64,000 nucleotides of DNA from Eledone cirrhosa. Taxonomy: Eukaryota. Below, piece after piece: positions 48,731-62,400 of the stretch (the first letter of the stretch is position 1; every line of letters begins with the position of its first letter). The stretch is taken from the NCBI GenBank assembly GCA_964016885.1, contig OZ024754.1:18786001-18850000 (forward strand), given 5' to 3'. The position numbers and the translations under genes were made by a program. Below the pieces are notes generated by a model. The model did not search any database and had not been told where the DNA came from. It was given only the letters and a program-made list of their open reading frames with translations.

Positions 48731-51700
48731 CGGGCCATTTTTGCCACATTCACCCACCTTTAGGCGAATTTACTGGGATGTAGCACCTCTCTCTCCACTC
48801 TCACCTTCCTTCTGAAGTGATACTTAAAGAAGGGGATAAGTTGTTGTCCGGAGAGAAAGGTGTTTGCCCTCAGTCCTTTTAACCTCGTCCACCATATTAC
48901 CTGTTTCGCCATAGCCACCAGGCAGAGGAAAACCGCTCCTCCTTCGTTCTTAAATGAAGGCGGCGGGGTGATCCTCATGATGGACTCAGCTGACAACTGG
49001 ATACGTCCCACACGTGACATCAGCTGTTCGACATAATTCCACAGATCGGTCACCCCTGGGCACTGAACAATTGTGTGCAGAACGGTTTCGATGTCCTGCT
49101 CGCATCTTGGATAGATTCTTTTGGCAGGATCTCTGCCAGGGCGTCTTCCTCGATGCCTAGAGTTTCCCCGAGAACGTCGTCGCACTTATCCTCCACTAAT
49201 CCCCTATAGAATGTTGAAGTGGAGTCTCCGCTGATTGCCGTTTCCGCTTGGTAGAGGGCTGTGAGCACCTGGAGGCACACGAGGTGCCAGACACCCATTT
49301 TCGGTCTTCGCTTGACTCAGGACTGTAGCTCTGTTAGTGAGACGAGTTGTGGAAGAGCTTGTCTCACAAACGACAGCCACACCGGTTCACCGGTCAGGAA
49401 TACCTGGAGATGGCGTAGCCTCAGCGCATGTTTGCGCATCATCAGTCACGGCATGCCCAGCTCTCCGTTAGAAGGGTGTTGACAGCAGATGGATCTCCTC
49501 ACCAATGGAGCCTGTTTCTTCCAGAGGAACTTGAAGAGTAGGCATTCCATTTTGGTAAGGTATTCGCGGGGGCAAGGCACGACGGTCAAGCGGTAGTAGA
49601 TGACGGACGCTATGTAAGTGTTCGCCACCTCCGCTCGACCTTTCAAGAAGAGTTTGCACTCATCCCACTTCTGGGTGAGTGCAAACACCTTCGCCGTGAA
49701 CTCGTTCCAGTTCTTGTCCACCTGGATGTCTAGACCGAACCAGACCCCGAGCAATTTCACCGGTCCTTCCGTCCAGCGTCCAACGACACTATCTGAAGGC
49801 ATGGGTTTGCCTCTCCATCTGCCGAGTTGCAAACCGACAGACTTGTTTGGGTTTAGTCTTGCTCCTGTCAATGTTTTGTATTCCTGTAATAGGTTGCCGA
49901 TTACCATGATTTCCGTGGTTTTCGAAACCATTACGGTTATGTCGTCGACATAGGCCGACGCTGCTTCCTGCAGGCCTGGTTTGATCGGGATGCCCTGCAA
50001 CAGCTCCAACTTCCGCAGTAACGGCTCGAGAGTCAGTACATACAGAATGGAGGAGAGAGGGCATGCCTGACGGATGGAACGCATGATTTGGAATGGCTCC
50101 GACAGGTAGCCATTCACCTTGACTGCCGAGCAGATGCTGGTCTGCATGGCAGCGATCCAGCCTCTGAAGACGGGACCAAAGCCGGCCGCCTTGAGAACTG
50201 CTTCCAAGTATTGATGGTCGACCCTATCAAATGCCTTAGACTGATCTAAATTGATCAGAACCCCACCGAATCCAGGTTTACACCCTACCCTGAGCTGAAG
50301 TTTGTCGTGTATGGACCTGGTCGGGATTGCACACGTTTGCGCTTCCCCTACCAGGTTCTCGACGACAAGCGCCAGCCTTGCTGCTAACACCATGGCCAAA
50401 ATATTTAACTCTGTGTTGAGCAGAGCTATGGGCCTGAAATTGCTTATCTCATCCCCCTTGGTTTCATTTTTCCTGATCAGCCTTACTACGCCTCTGCCTA
50501 CAGAACTGAGAATCCTTCCGTTCTGCTGCCAGTTGCAGTAGACCGCTTCGAGGATGCCAGAGAACAAGTCTGGCATGCCTATGTAAAACTCATAGTGTGA
50601 TTTGCGTTTCCCGCAGCGGCCTAGGGCATCTTCTATTTCGCTCGCTGTGATCGGCCTTTCGCAGCTCTCTGCATCCGTCCCCAAGAGTCGCGGTATGCCG
50701 TCGAGGTAGGAGCTGAAGTCCATCACCTCGCTCGTTGTACCGCTTTGCCCGAACAGTTCTGCAAAATGCTGCTGGAAGGCCGTGCACATCTGCTTGGATT
50801 CAAGTATAATGCGTCCATCTTTGTCTTGCAATGACCGAATTGTGGATTTGTTGCCACTTTTCGCCTCTTCCACTCGGGCCCAGCTAACAGCTTTGGCTCC
50901 CTCGTTTCTTAGAGCACGTTCTACTTCTGACAATACAACCTTCGTGTTTCACGTTGAAGAACTGGTCTAGTGCCGTTCTCGCCACTAGAACACGTCAGCT
51001 GTACTGCCATTCCTAAGTGCCTCTTCTATTTTAGCAACCAGTTCCTTTTCAGTTTTGTTTTTTTCTAAAGCTACTTCCTTGCTAAATGCTATCGATTCTA
51101 TTCTAATTGCTCTCTTGAGAGAGCTCCACCACCTGTTGTTGATGATCGCCCCCGTCAACTGGCACTTAACTAAGGTGCTAATCAATTTACTGTAGGCCTT
51201 ACGCGCCGGGAGCGACATGTTTAGCTTCCAGTATCCGGTTCCCGGTCTATGTGTTCTATCAAGGTTGACTACGCAGGTGACTAATTTGTGGTCTGAATAG
51301 GCAACCATGTGCATTTGTGGACAGCTTAATGTTTCCTTATCATTCTGACTAATTAAAAATTTATCTAAATACGATCTAGAAGACCCAGTGTGGTTGCTCC
51401 ACGTCCACAGTAGTGCATTTGGGATGTCTAGTCGATATCTATCAGCCAGTTGGAATTAGCTGAATAGATTTTTGAGGCTATTACACCCCCCTCTATTATC
51501 ACAAGCTCCTACATAGTCCCAACGTGCGTCTAAGATGCCATTCCAGTCCCCGGTTAACACTAAGGAGCGAGACGTCCCCAGGAATGGCTCCAGACGCTTG
51601 AAGAACTCTTGTCGCGATGTCCCAGTCAGGGTATATACGGCCACCAGTCTGAAAGCTCCACCTTCACTACCATTCACGTCCAGGACCACCAGGCTACCCT

Positions 51701-53956
51701 CCGGTCCCAAATGAATCGTCTGTATTTTGAGATCCAAAATTTTTCGAAACAGAAAAGCAACTCCCCCTCCACCTTCTGGCTGACAGAGAGATGCGTAGAT
51801 CTCAAAACCATCGAACATGGGGGGTTAGCTGCTGCTTGTCGTAAATCCTGGACTCGGTAATGGCTATCACATCTATACAATGTGACTTGAGATCATTTAA
51901 AAGCTGGCCCTGTTTCCAGGACATGCCCAGGCCACGTACATTCAAACATCCAGCTTGTATAGTCGCCATGTTGATGAAGAAGAGTTCAGGAGAGAAAAGG
52001 CAGGAACACTTAACTTTTCGTTTCCTGGAGGTCAGGTTGTTCGATCTCTATGTCCAGATTGGTGGTGTTTGGGGAGGGAGGGAATCCTTTTAGCAGGACA
52101 CGGTTAAGGGGCTTTTGGCAAGGGGGGCCCACATCATGGGGGAAGTTCTCTTTTAAAGTTTCATACTGTAGGGTTGTTATCCTGATAAGTTTGAGGTTTG
52201 GGGGTGGGTCGTTGGTGGGGAAGGTTTTCCCTTCCGTTTGTATTGTGGGATCCTTTCGGACAGTTTCCACCAGTTCTTTGTTTCTTGTTTTTATCTATGT
52301 GTAATGTGTTTTGTTTTTTATGTGTACTGTTTGTTTGTAGTTTTCTTTTTGTGTTTGGGGTTTGTGATTGTGGCGGTGTGGATGTTTGTTTTGTTGGTGA
52401 AGTGTTTGGTGGTGTTGATGGTGATTGTGTTGTTGGTGTGTTTGTCGTTTGTGGCGGTGGGTTTATGGTGGGGTTAGGTGTGTGCGTGTTTTCTGTTGAT
52501 GTTTTTGTGTCTTTTTTGTCTCTTTTTTTTGTTTTTTGGATTTTTGGGGTTCCTCTTCATTCTCACTTGGAGATGTAGAGGTTCCCGTGTCTGAGACTTC
52601 TGAATCAGGAGTAGATGGGAGGGGTATGTTGTGTGGTGGAGTGTTTGTGCAGGTGTTTGTGGAAGTATTTGACAGGGAGGGAGAAGGCAATGGAGGGTTT
52701 TTCAGTGGGATTTTGTCTGTGGCTGTCTCTGGTCTGTGGTGGTGTGGGAGTGGATGTTGCAGGTTTTTGTGCTGTGTTTGGTTTGGGGTATTGATGTTGG
52801 GGTTTTGCTGTTGGTAATAACACCTTGTTTGTCCTCGGTTTGTTTAAGAGAGGGCAAAAGGCATTTAAGTGTGTGATTTTCCCACACTTATGGCACTGAG
52901 GTCTTTTCCCCTCCACTAAAATAGAGATGACATATTCCTCAAGGACGATCCTGTCCGGTATTTTCTCAACTCTCTCTGGCCTCATTTGTACCAGAACCTC
53001 GATGCAGATTCCAAACCAGTTATGCCGGTCTGTCCTGTCTACAGATAGGAGGGTGTCCTCATCCTTCTTCAGGATGCAGCGTAGGATCCACCATATGTTG
53101 ACCTCTGCTGGGATCCTGGTTATTTTTTTTGTAGGATCTTTTACTCATGTATGTGGGGAAGAAGATGTGTTGATCCGTTTTTATTGGGTGAAACGAGTGT
53201 TTTTGTGCCAGAGTTTCGTACTTAAAGAGCACTGACACACTTCCATACTGTTTACCTCTTTGGAGGTATGCCACGTCTGGCTTGATATCTTTTAGTGCAG
53301 CTTCAATAGAGTTTGTTGGGAGCGTTATGGGTTTTTTGGTAATGATGTCAACTGTTCTATAAATTAGTTTCTTTTTCTGTGTCATTTCTCTTACTTGTGG
53401 GGGTATGTGTATGTGTGGGGTGTCTCCCTCAAACGTCACATAGTTGGAAGCTTCTTCCAAATATTGGGACTTTTGGGAAATGTCCATGGAGTAGTATTTA
53501 AAATCATGTTGCTGCAAATGAAATTTTGTTATTGTTGTTGATGGTGGTGATGATGGTCTCATTCGTTGTGTTGCCACTGATTCCTTTTGTTGTGTTGTGT
53601 TCTCAGTTATTGTGTTGTTGTTGTTGTTGCTTGAGGTGGTGTTAGTATTTGCTACATATACTTCCTTCTGTGTGTGGATACATGTTGAGGCGATATGGCA
53701 TTCCTTTGTCCATGTCTACTACTACCTGCTGGTCAAGTAGGCATGACTTTCCCTTCCCATCTTCTTGTTTTGACAAAGAAGTAGGTGCCTTTGCTTCGGC
53801 CATTTTTTAAAAATTGAAATGTTTGCAAAAATATTTTCGAAAATATGTTGGATGTTTTTGACCTGAGGGGCACGATATTTTGGGAGACTGACCAGATCAA
53901 AATTTGACCTGTCAGTCCCTCTACAAATTGGTATAAAAATAAAAGTTCACAATGAC
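48731..53956 (-). mobile_element. GATA-lineage Tx1 copy 4, 5' end intact, 3'UTR lost
   Basis: 5'UTR motif GGTCAAATTTTGATCTGGTCAGTCTC shared with 43146-43172; ORF1 pieces (CHKCGKITHLNAFC); ORF2 from 51969 including 49446-50933 (AYVDD); 5' end abuts (GATA)n at 53957-53981. Confidence 0.92.
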
Positions 53957-54029
53957 GATAGATAGATAGATAAGTAGATAGACAGACAGACAGAAATAAA
54001 CAGTTAGGTAGAGGTAGATATCTAGAGAG

Positions 54030-54072
54030 ATACATACATACATACATACATACATACATACACACACACACG

Positions 54073-54107
<35 letters not shown>

Positions 54108-54124
54108 TGACAGAAAGAGTGAGT

Positions 54125-54197
<73 letters not shown>

Positions 54198-54208
54198 CGA
54201 GAGAGAGC

Positions 54209-54290
<82 letters not shown>

Positions 54291-54307
54291 AAGAGAGAGA
54301 GAGAGAT
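54030..54307. repeat. (TACA)n/(CA)n/(GA)n microsatellite block
   Basis: Direct reading. Confidence 0.93.
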
Positions 54308-54395
54308 GCAAACAATGAATTATCTATTAAACTGGCCTGATTCACATTGAGCACCAGACAAATACGTATGTATATGTACAACATGCATGTATATA

Positions 54396-55295
54396 CGAGG
54401 TGTGTCAGAAAAGTTCCAGGACTGATGTCACAAAAGATTTATTTCAAACCCACACTTCACACTAAGAGTTTTCTCCTTCAAAGTAATCACCCTGGAGTAT
54501 GTAACTGTAATCTTAGCTCTCTGCAGCGATCAAACTTTTTTCTTCATAATTTTATATACATGTCCTCTGTTTCAGGTCGTCAAGCAATGAGCACAGAGCA
54601 ACGAACAAACTTGGTACGGTTGGGGAAAACTCCGTCAGGGATTGCTGCAGCAAGTGTATGTAGATGAGACGATGTCACGCTCACGTGTTTTTGATTGGTG
54701 CAAGAGGTTTAAAGAAGGACGTGATGACGTGGAAGATGACCCCAGGAGCGGAAGGCCCTCAACAACCAGGACTGAGGTCAACGTTGAGCGCGTTAGGCAG
54801 ATGGTGCGTAGCGATCGTCGGCTGACTGTTCGACTGATAGCAAATGAGCTGGGCATGAATTGGGATAGCGTCTGGAAGATTCTCACTGAAGATTTGGACA
54901 TGACGAAAGTCTGCGCGAAGATGGTGCCAAAAGTGCTGAACGATGACCAGAAGGGTCGACGCATGCAAGTGTGCCAGGACATCCTCGAGCGTCTTGAAAC
55001 CGAACCAGACTTGCTAGGGACAGTCATCACCGGTGATGAGTCATGGATCTTCGAGTATGACCCGGAGGGGACCCGTTTTAAAGACGTGGACGGCATCAAA
55101 AAGGCCGTGACGACGGAACTGCGGAGGATCCCGGAAGTATCCTTCAAGGAGAGCATGCAAGCGTGGCAGAAAAGGATGGAAAAGTGCATTAGACTCCAGG
55201 GGGATTACTTTGAAGGAGAACACTCTTAGTGGGGAGTTTGGGTTTGAAATAAATTTTTTGTGACATCAGTCCTGGAACTTTTCTGTTACACCTCG
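54396..55295 (+). mobile_element. Mariner DNA transposon, internally deleted, about 55-bp TIRs and TA target duplication
   Basis: TA|CGAGGTGTGTCAGAAAAGTTCCAGGACTGATGTCACAAAA...TTTTGTGACATCAGTCCTGGAACTTTTCTGTTACACCTCG|TA. Confidence 0.93.
54587..55229 (+). pseudogene. Mariner transposase lacking most of the DDD catalytic domain
   Basis: HTH region, RSGRP, MVPKVL (WVP-like linker), TGDESW; jumps from YDPE to GTRF...GDYFE with no second or third Asp and no YSPDL. Confidence 0.9.
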
Positions 55296-56302
55296 TATAT
55301 ATATTGCGGCACACTTATTTTGGGTTCTAATTCCTATTTCTACCCTCACCTTCTTTCTTTCTTCCTTTCAATTATCATTGAAAGGATCATACACTTATTC
55401 AAAATACATTAATCGTAGAATGTCCCTATACGCATAGAAACATATCCTTTGAACAAAATGATATATAAATATGGCACCACTGGTTCTCTTAGACTTTGTT
55501 TGTTATATATATATATAAAACAATGAAATGATGACTTCATCATCACTGGTTGCCCGTACTTAGCTGCTGTTGGAACACACTAGATATCAGTTTTCAAATT
55601 CATAGCGGAGGGCTTTCGAAATGTTTATTTATAAACATATCGTATGTCACCAGATATGCAACTTCATTATAAAAGTATCAAAGATTCATTGTTTGCCTTC
55701 TTCTTATCAACTTCTAAATCTTCTCTATAACAGACCTTTTAACTTTTATGCTTCGTTTAAAGTTTGGACCGTTTTCTGAAGGTCGGTCGAAAGCAGGATT
55801 TATTTCACCGAGAGATTTAAACGAGATCTCACTTGTTAACACCGGTTGTGGAGGAGTCTCATGTCATCGCTATCTGAATTAGACATTTGTTGTTAATATC
55901 TTTATGGTGAGCGTCTCGTTTTCAACGAGACCTCCCTTGTTAACACCGGTTTTGGAGAAGTAACGTCATCGCTACGAGACATTTGTGGTTGTGTTTTATA
56001 TCTTCATAGATGAAGCGGGCAATAAATCTTGAATTTCATTTGCATCAGTTCTGCAAATCACACTTCCTGCACGATTTCCACACGACTATATTGTCGATTG
56101 TGACTGTTTTCATTATTTATTTTATGGTATTCCTTAACTACATTTAGACACGATTTTTCTCTGAAATCTTCATACTACCTGCACATAAACCAGGGCTTGA
56201 TCAACACTGGTTGGGCCGTCTGGATGAACGTGTCTCGTGCAGAAAGACCCCGCTGATCCCTAGATAACATCCCTGACGACATGTTAAGTTTATCATACGA
56301 TG

Positions 56303-56399
<97 letters not shown>

Positions 56400-56529
56400 A
56401 ACGAGTAGGACCCCTACTCGTTCCTATTACCCACTCTACTACCCTAAGTATTGAGTACTTTGGTGCGTTATGGTCCACCTGGTTCCTTACCACATTTCCT
56501 TCGTTATATATATATATATATATATATAT

Positions 56530-57364
56530 ACTTTCCACTGATTGACCTCGATGTCACGTGATTGATTCTTTATGAATTTGCCACCGACGCAGTAGACAGT
56601 GATTTTCTCAATGGCTAGGAATTCAGTCCACGCTTTGCTATTTTCTATCCACTGAATTATGTTTGTATAAGTTTCCAGAGTCCACGCTTTGCCTGGATAC
56701 TTAGCTGAGAATAGACTTCCCTGACGACGAAATGCTTCTCTATATTTTCTTCGGAAAGTATATTTATTCCATTTCAGAAACTAATTAGTTGGGAGTGAAA
56801 TTTTAATAAGTAAGTTAATTTTATAATTTTCTTATTTTACGTAACTCATATTATTGTTCTGCAACCCCATGCATTGAACCACAGAGTTACTAAGACAAAA
56901 CCTATATATTTGCTAGCATTGATATGCATCTGTATGTATATATATGTTACTAGATATTAATTCTTTATAATTATCTCCAAATGATTTGTCGAGCAATATT
57001 GGCCAATACTGCTGCTATGGTAGCAGGCAGGCCGCTGTCTTCTTAACAAACCACTTTCCACTGATTGACCTCGATGTCACGTGATTGATTCTTTTTGAAT
57101 TTGCCATCGACGCAGTAGGCAGTGATTTTCTCAATGGTTGGGAATTCAGTCCACGCTTTGCTATTTTCTATCCACTGAATTATTTTTGTATAAGTTTCCA
57201 GAGTCCACGCCTTGCCTGGATACTTAGCTGAGAATAGACTTCCCTGACGACGAAATGCTTCTCTATATTTTCTTCGGAAAGTATATTTATTCCATTTCAG
57301 AAACTAATTAGTTGGGAGTGAAATTTTAGTAAGTAAGTTAATTTTATAATTTTCTTATTTTACG

Positions 57365-57365
<1 letters not shown>
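56530..57365. repeat. Direct duplication of about 313 bp (56530-56842 and 57054-57365)
   Basis: Both copies run from ACTTTCCACTGATTGACCTCG to CTTATTTTACGT with few substitutions. Confidence 0.9.
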
Positions 57366-57435
<70 letters not shown>

Positions 57436-57565
57436 GGAGGTGAGTTTTATTGTAGTACAATAAAGCAATGCAGATATCGGATAAGAAGCACTCTACAGTT
57501 TGTGGGACTGGAGTATGCATAATATAAGATCAAAAGATGGAACTCCTTTAACCATCTTTTGATCT

Positions 57566-57610
<45 letters not shown>

Positions 57611-57613
<3 letters not shown>

Positions 57614-58540
57614 TAGCCGAATTATCCGCGCCTTGCTGCGTTTCACACATTTTTTTTGTAAGAAAATGGTGATTGATTTAAATCAGTGATATAATTTATG
57701 GAGAAAACCTCTTCATTTCAATAATACTCAATGTAAGATGTAATGCATGAAAAAATTGAAAAACATTATTTTTTGTTTTTATCAAATCAAAATTACATTA
57801 TTAAATCTTATTCTTATTTTGTTTCTTGTAAATAATTTTTTTCAAAATATCAATTCAAAACTTTTGTGAATAGGCATCATATCTTGTCATTTACCTATGG
57901 TTTAAATTTCATATAAATCGAAGGGAAAAAATTGTCAGCGGGGGGTTGTGCCTCCGTGGAACCCCTAATATTCAATAATATTAAGTCACCCTAATAGGGG
58001 ATTAAACCCCCTATTAGGGTGTCTTACTATTATTGAAATTTGTTGAAATTTTGGGAATAGTCATATATATATATATATACGTGTGTATGTATATAAATGT
58101 GTGTGTATACATATATATATATGTATGTGCGTGTGTGTATATATATATGTGGGTGTCTATGATCTATATACACTGGTCATAGACACACACACACACACAC
58201 ATATATACACAGGCACTCACATATATATATATAGTACACAACACCACCACCAGCTCTCTCTCTCTCTTCCATTCTCCTTCTCTGTCTTCTTCCCCTCTCT
58301 CTATGTCCCACTTTTAATAAAAACTCTTACAACTACTGTCTCTATTTATGAAGGTACCCGGAAAAAACCCCATATTTCGGAATCCCGTGGTACGATTTAC
58401 GCGAAACTTGTTTTATTCCATTTGTATTCCCATTTCAGGGTCAACTTCCTTTCAAAGTATCTTCCCATTATGCAGCCTTTAGCCTGTATTACATTACAGA
58501 CAAGCAAGCAAACAATCACAGAATTTTAGTAGTACATAGT
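57611..58540 (+). mobile_element. Possible non-autonomous Helitron/Helentron-like element
   Basis: Begins TACTAGCCGAATTATCCGCGCCTTGCTGCG next to (TA)n and ends with an ACAG/CAAG-like tetranucleotide run followed by TTTTAGTAGTACATAG. Resemblance is from memory only. Confidence 0.35.
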
Positions 58541-58944
58541 TATATACATATTTATTTATTTATTTATTTATATTTAGTGGTTCATCACTGGGTAGAACTG
58601 GTATATTCCGTTTAGTTAATCATGATGTAATAATAGGAAAAGCACTCTACGTTACGTAACTCATCCATCGTTGATCTTGAATCCTGTGATTGGTGCAGGA
58701 TCAGAGTTAAATATTGGTTCGATTTATAACAACCAGTCCGGCTCCTGGTGTTTGGTTGTTTTAATCAACCTAGTAGAGATGTAGTATATATATATATACA
58801 TATAGATATTATACATATATATACATGTATATATATATATAAATATATATATATACATATATATATTATACATATATATACATATATATATATATAAATA
58901 TATCTATATATCTATACACATATATATATTATACATCTATATAC

Positions 58945-58998
<54 letters not shown>

Positions 58999-59269
58999 TA
59001 TCTCTATATATACTACTCTATATATCACACTACTCACACACTCTCTACACACCCTCTAACTATACACCACACACTAACATACTGTCGCGAGCTCCCCCCA
59101 CACTCCCCCACACTCACCCCCACACTCTGTACCCCACACACATATAGAGTGGTAATACACAAAACTAAAGTTGGTGTCTCGCGGCAGGTTTCCCGTCATC
59201 GATCTCGGTGAAATCCGATCAAATAAGAGCATGAAATAGTAACAGGGTGACATTACCTATTTATTGATT

Positions 59270-59469
59270 NNNNNNNNNNNNNNNNNNNNNNNNNNNNNNN
59301 NNNNNNNNNNNNNNNNNNNNNNNNNNNNNNNNNNNNNNNNNNNNNNNNNNNNNNNNNNNNNNNNNNNNNNNNNNNNNNNNNNNNNNNNNNNNNNNNNNNN
59401 NNNNNNNNNNNNNNNNNNNNNNNNNNNNNNNNNNNNNNNNNNNNNNNNNNNNNNNNNNNNNNNNNNNNN
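59270..59469. other. Assembly gap (200 N)
   Basis: Direct reading. Confidence 0.99.
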
Positions 59470-62400
59470 GGTGGAGGTAGTGGTGATGGTATAGGAGGTG
59501 GAGGTGGTAGTGATGGTAGTGGATGTGGAGGTAGTGGTGATGGTAGTGGTGGAGGTAGTGGTGGAGATGGTAGTGGAGGTAATAGTGGTGGTGATGGTAG
59601 TGGAGGTGGTAGTGGTGGTGATGGTAGTGGAGGTGGTACTGGTGGTGATGGTAGTGGAGGTGGTAGTGGTGTTGATGGTAGTGTAGGTGGTAGTGGTGGT
59701 GATGGCAATGGTGGTGGTAGTGGTGGTGATGGTAGTGGGGGCAGTAGTGGTGGTGATTGTAGTGGAGGTAGTAGTGGTGGTGATGGTAGTGGCGGTGTTA
59801 GTGGTGGTGATGGTAGTGGAGGTGTGACTGGTGGTGATGGTAGTGGAGGTGGTAGTGGTGGTAGTTGTATTGGTGGTGGTAGTGGTGGTGATGGTAGTGG
59901 TGGTAGTAGTGGTGGTGATGGTAGTCGTGGTGGTAGTGGTGGTGATGGTAGTGGAGGTAATAGTGGAGGTGATGGTAGTGGTTGTGGAGGTGGTGGTGGT
60001 GGTAGTGGTAGTGGTAGTGATGGTGATGGTAGTGGAGGTAATAGTGGTGGTGATGGTAGTGGAGGTAGTAGTGGTGGTGGTACTGGTGGTGATGGTAGTG
60101 GTCGTGGTAGTGGTGGTGATGGTAGTGGTGGTGATGGTAGTGGTGGTGATGATAGTGGTGGTGATGGTAGTGGAGGTGGTAGTGGTGGTGATGGTAGTGG
60201 AGGTGGTAGTGGTGATGATGGTAGTTTTGGTAGTAGTGGTGGTGATGGTATGGTGGTAGTAGAGGTGGTGATGGTAGTGGAGGAGGTAGTGGTGGTGATG
60301 GTAGTGGTGGTGGTAGTGGTGGTGATGGTAGTGGTGGTAGTAGTGGTGGTGATGGTAGTGGTGGTGGTAGTGGTGGTGGTGATGGTAGTGGAAGTGGTAC
60401 TGGTGGTGATGGTAGTGGAGGTGGTGGTGATGGTAGTGTAGGTGGTAGTGGTGGTGATGGTAGCGGTGGTGGTAGTGGTGATGATGGTAGTGGCGGTAGT
60501 AGTGGTGGCGATGGTGGTGGTGGTGGTAGTGCTGGTAATGGTAGTGGAGGTAGTAGTGGTGGTGATGGTAGTGGAGGTGGTACTGGTGGTGGGATGGTAG
60601 TGGAGGGAGTAGTGGTGGTGATGGTTGTGGCGGTGTTAGCGGTGGTGATGGTAATGGAGGTGTGACTGGTGGTGATGGTAGTGGAGGTGGTAGTGGTGGT
60701 AGTTGTATTGGTGGTGGTAGTGGTGATGATGGTAGTCATGGTGGTAGTGGTGGTGATGGTAGTGGTGGCGGCAGTGGTGGTGATGGTAGTGGAGGTAGTA
60801 GTGGTGGTGGTACTGGTGGTGATGTTAGTGGAGGTAATAGAGGTGGTGATGGTAGTGAGGTGGTATTGGTGGTAATGGTAGTGGTGGTGGTACTGGTGGT
60901 GACGGTAGTTGTGGTGGTAGTGGTGGTGATGGTAGTGGAAGTGAAGGTGGTGGTGATGGTAGTTGTGGTGGTAGTGGTGGTGATGGTAGTGGTGGTGATG
61001 GTAGTTGTGGTGGTAGTGGTGGTGATGGTAGTGGTGGTGATGGTAGTGGTGGTGGTAGTGGTGGTCATGGTAGTGGAGGTAATAGTGGTGGTGATGGTAG
61101 TGGAAGTAGTAGTGGTGGTGGTACTGGTGGTGATGGTAGTGGTGGTGATAGTGGTGGTGATGGTATTGGAGGTGGAGGTAGTGGTGATGTTAGTGGCGGT
61201 GGTAGTGGTGGTGAAGGTAGTGGAGGTAATAGTGGTGGTGATGGTAGTGGAGGTGGTAGTGGTGGTGATGGTAGTGGAGGTAGTAGTGGTGGTGGTACTG
61301 GTGGTGATGGTAGTGGTGGTGATAGTGGTGGTGATGGTAGTGGTGGTGGAGGTAGTGGTGATGGTAGTGGTGGTGGTAGTGGTGGTGAAGGTAGTGGAGG
61401 TAATAGTGGTGGTGATGGTAGTGGAGGTGGTAGTGGTGGTGATGGTAGTGGAGGTAGTAGTGGTGGTGGTACTGGTGGTGATGGTAGTGGTCGTGATAGT
61501 GGTGGTGATGGTAGTGGAGGTGGTGGTGATGGTAGTGTAGGTGGTAGTGGTGGTGATGGTAGCGGTGGTGGTAGGGGTGGTGATGGTAGTGGCGGTAGTA
61601 GTGGTGGCGACGGTGGTGGTGGTGGTAGTGGTGGTGATGGTACTGGAGGTAGTAGTGGTGGTGATGGTAGTGGAGGTAGTAGTGGTGGTGATGGTAGTGG
61701 AGGTGGTACTGGTGGTGATGGTAGTGGAGGTGGTAGTGGTGGTGATTGTAGTGGAGGTGGTAGTGGTGGTGATGGCAGTGGTGGTGGTAGTGGTGGTGAT
61801 GCTTGTGGGGGTAGTAGTGGTGGTGATTGTAGTGGAGGTAGTAGTGGCGGTGATGGTAGTGGCGGTGTTAGTGGTGGTAGTTGTATTGGTGGTGGTAGTG
61901 GTGGTGATGGTAGTGGTGGTAGTAGTGGTGGTGATGGTAGTCGTGGTGGTAGTGGTGGTGATGGTAGTGGTGGTGGCAGTGGTGGTGATGGTAGTGGAGG
62001 TAGTAGTGGTGGTGGTACTGGTGGTGATGTTAGTGGAGGTAATAGTGGTGGTGATGGTAGTGGAGGTGGTAGTGGTGGTAATGGTAGTGATGGTGGTAGT
62101 GGTGGTGATGGTAGTGGAGGTAATAGTGGTGGTGATGGTAGTGGAGGTAGTAGTGGTGGTGGTACTGGTGGTGATGGTAGTGGTACTGGTGGTGATGGTA
62201 GTGGTGGTGATAGTGGTGGTGATGGTAGTGGGGGTGGTAGTGGTGGTGATGGTAGTGGTGGTAGTAGTGGTGTTGATGGTAGTGGTGGTATTAGTGGTGG
62301 TGATGGTAGTGGTGGTACTGGTGGTGATGGTAGTGGAGGTGGTAGTGGTGGTGATGGTAGTGGAGGTAGTAGTGGTGGTGATGGTAGTGGTGGTGATGGT

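Noticed and set aside
56710-56750. CTGACGA-C-GAAA (also at 57244) resembling a hammerhead core
   Set aside because: There is no room for stem II and the flanking stems are out of register.
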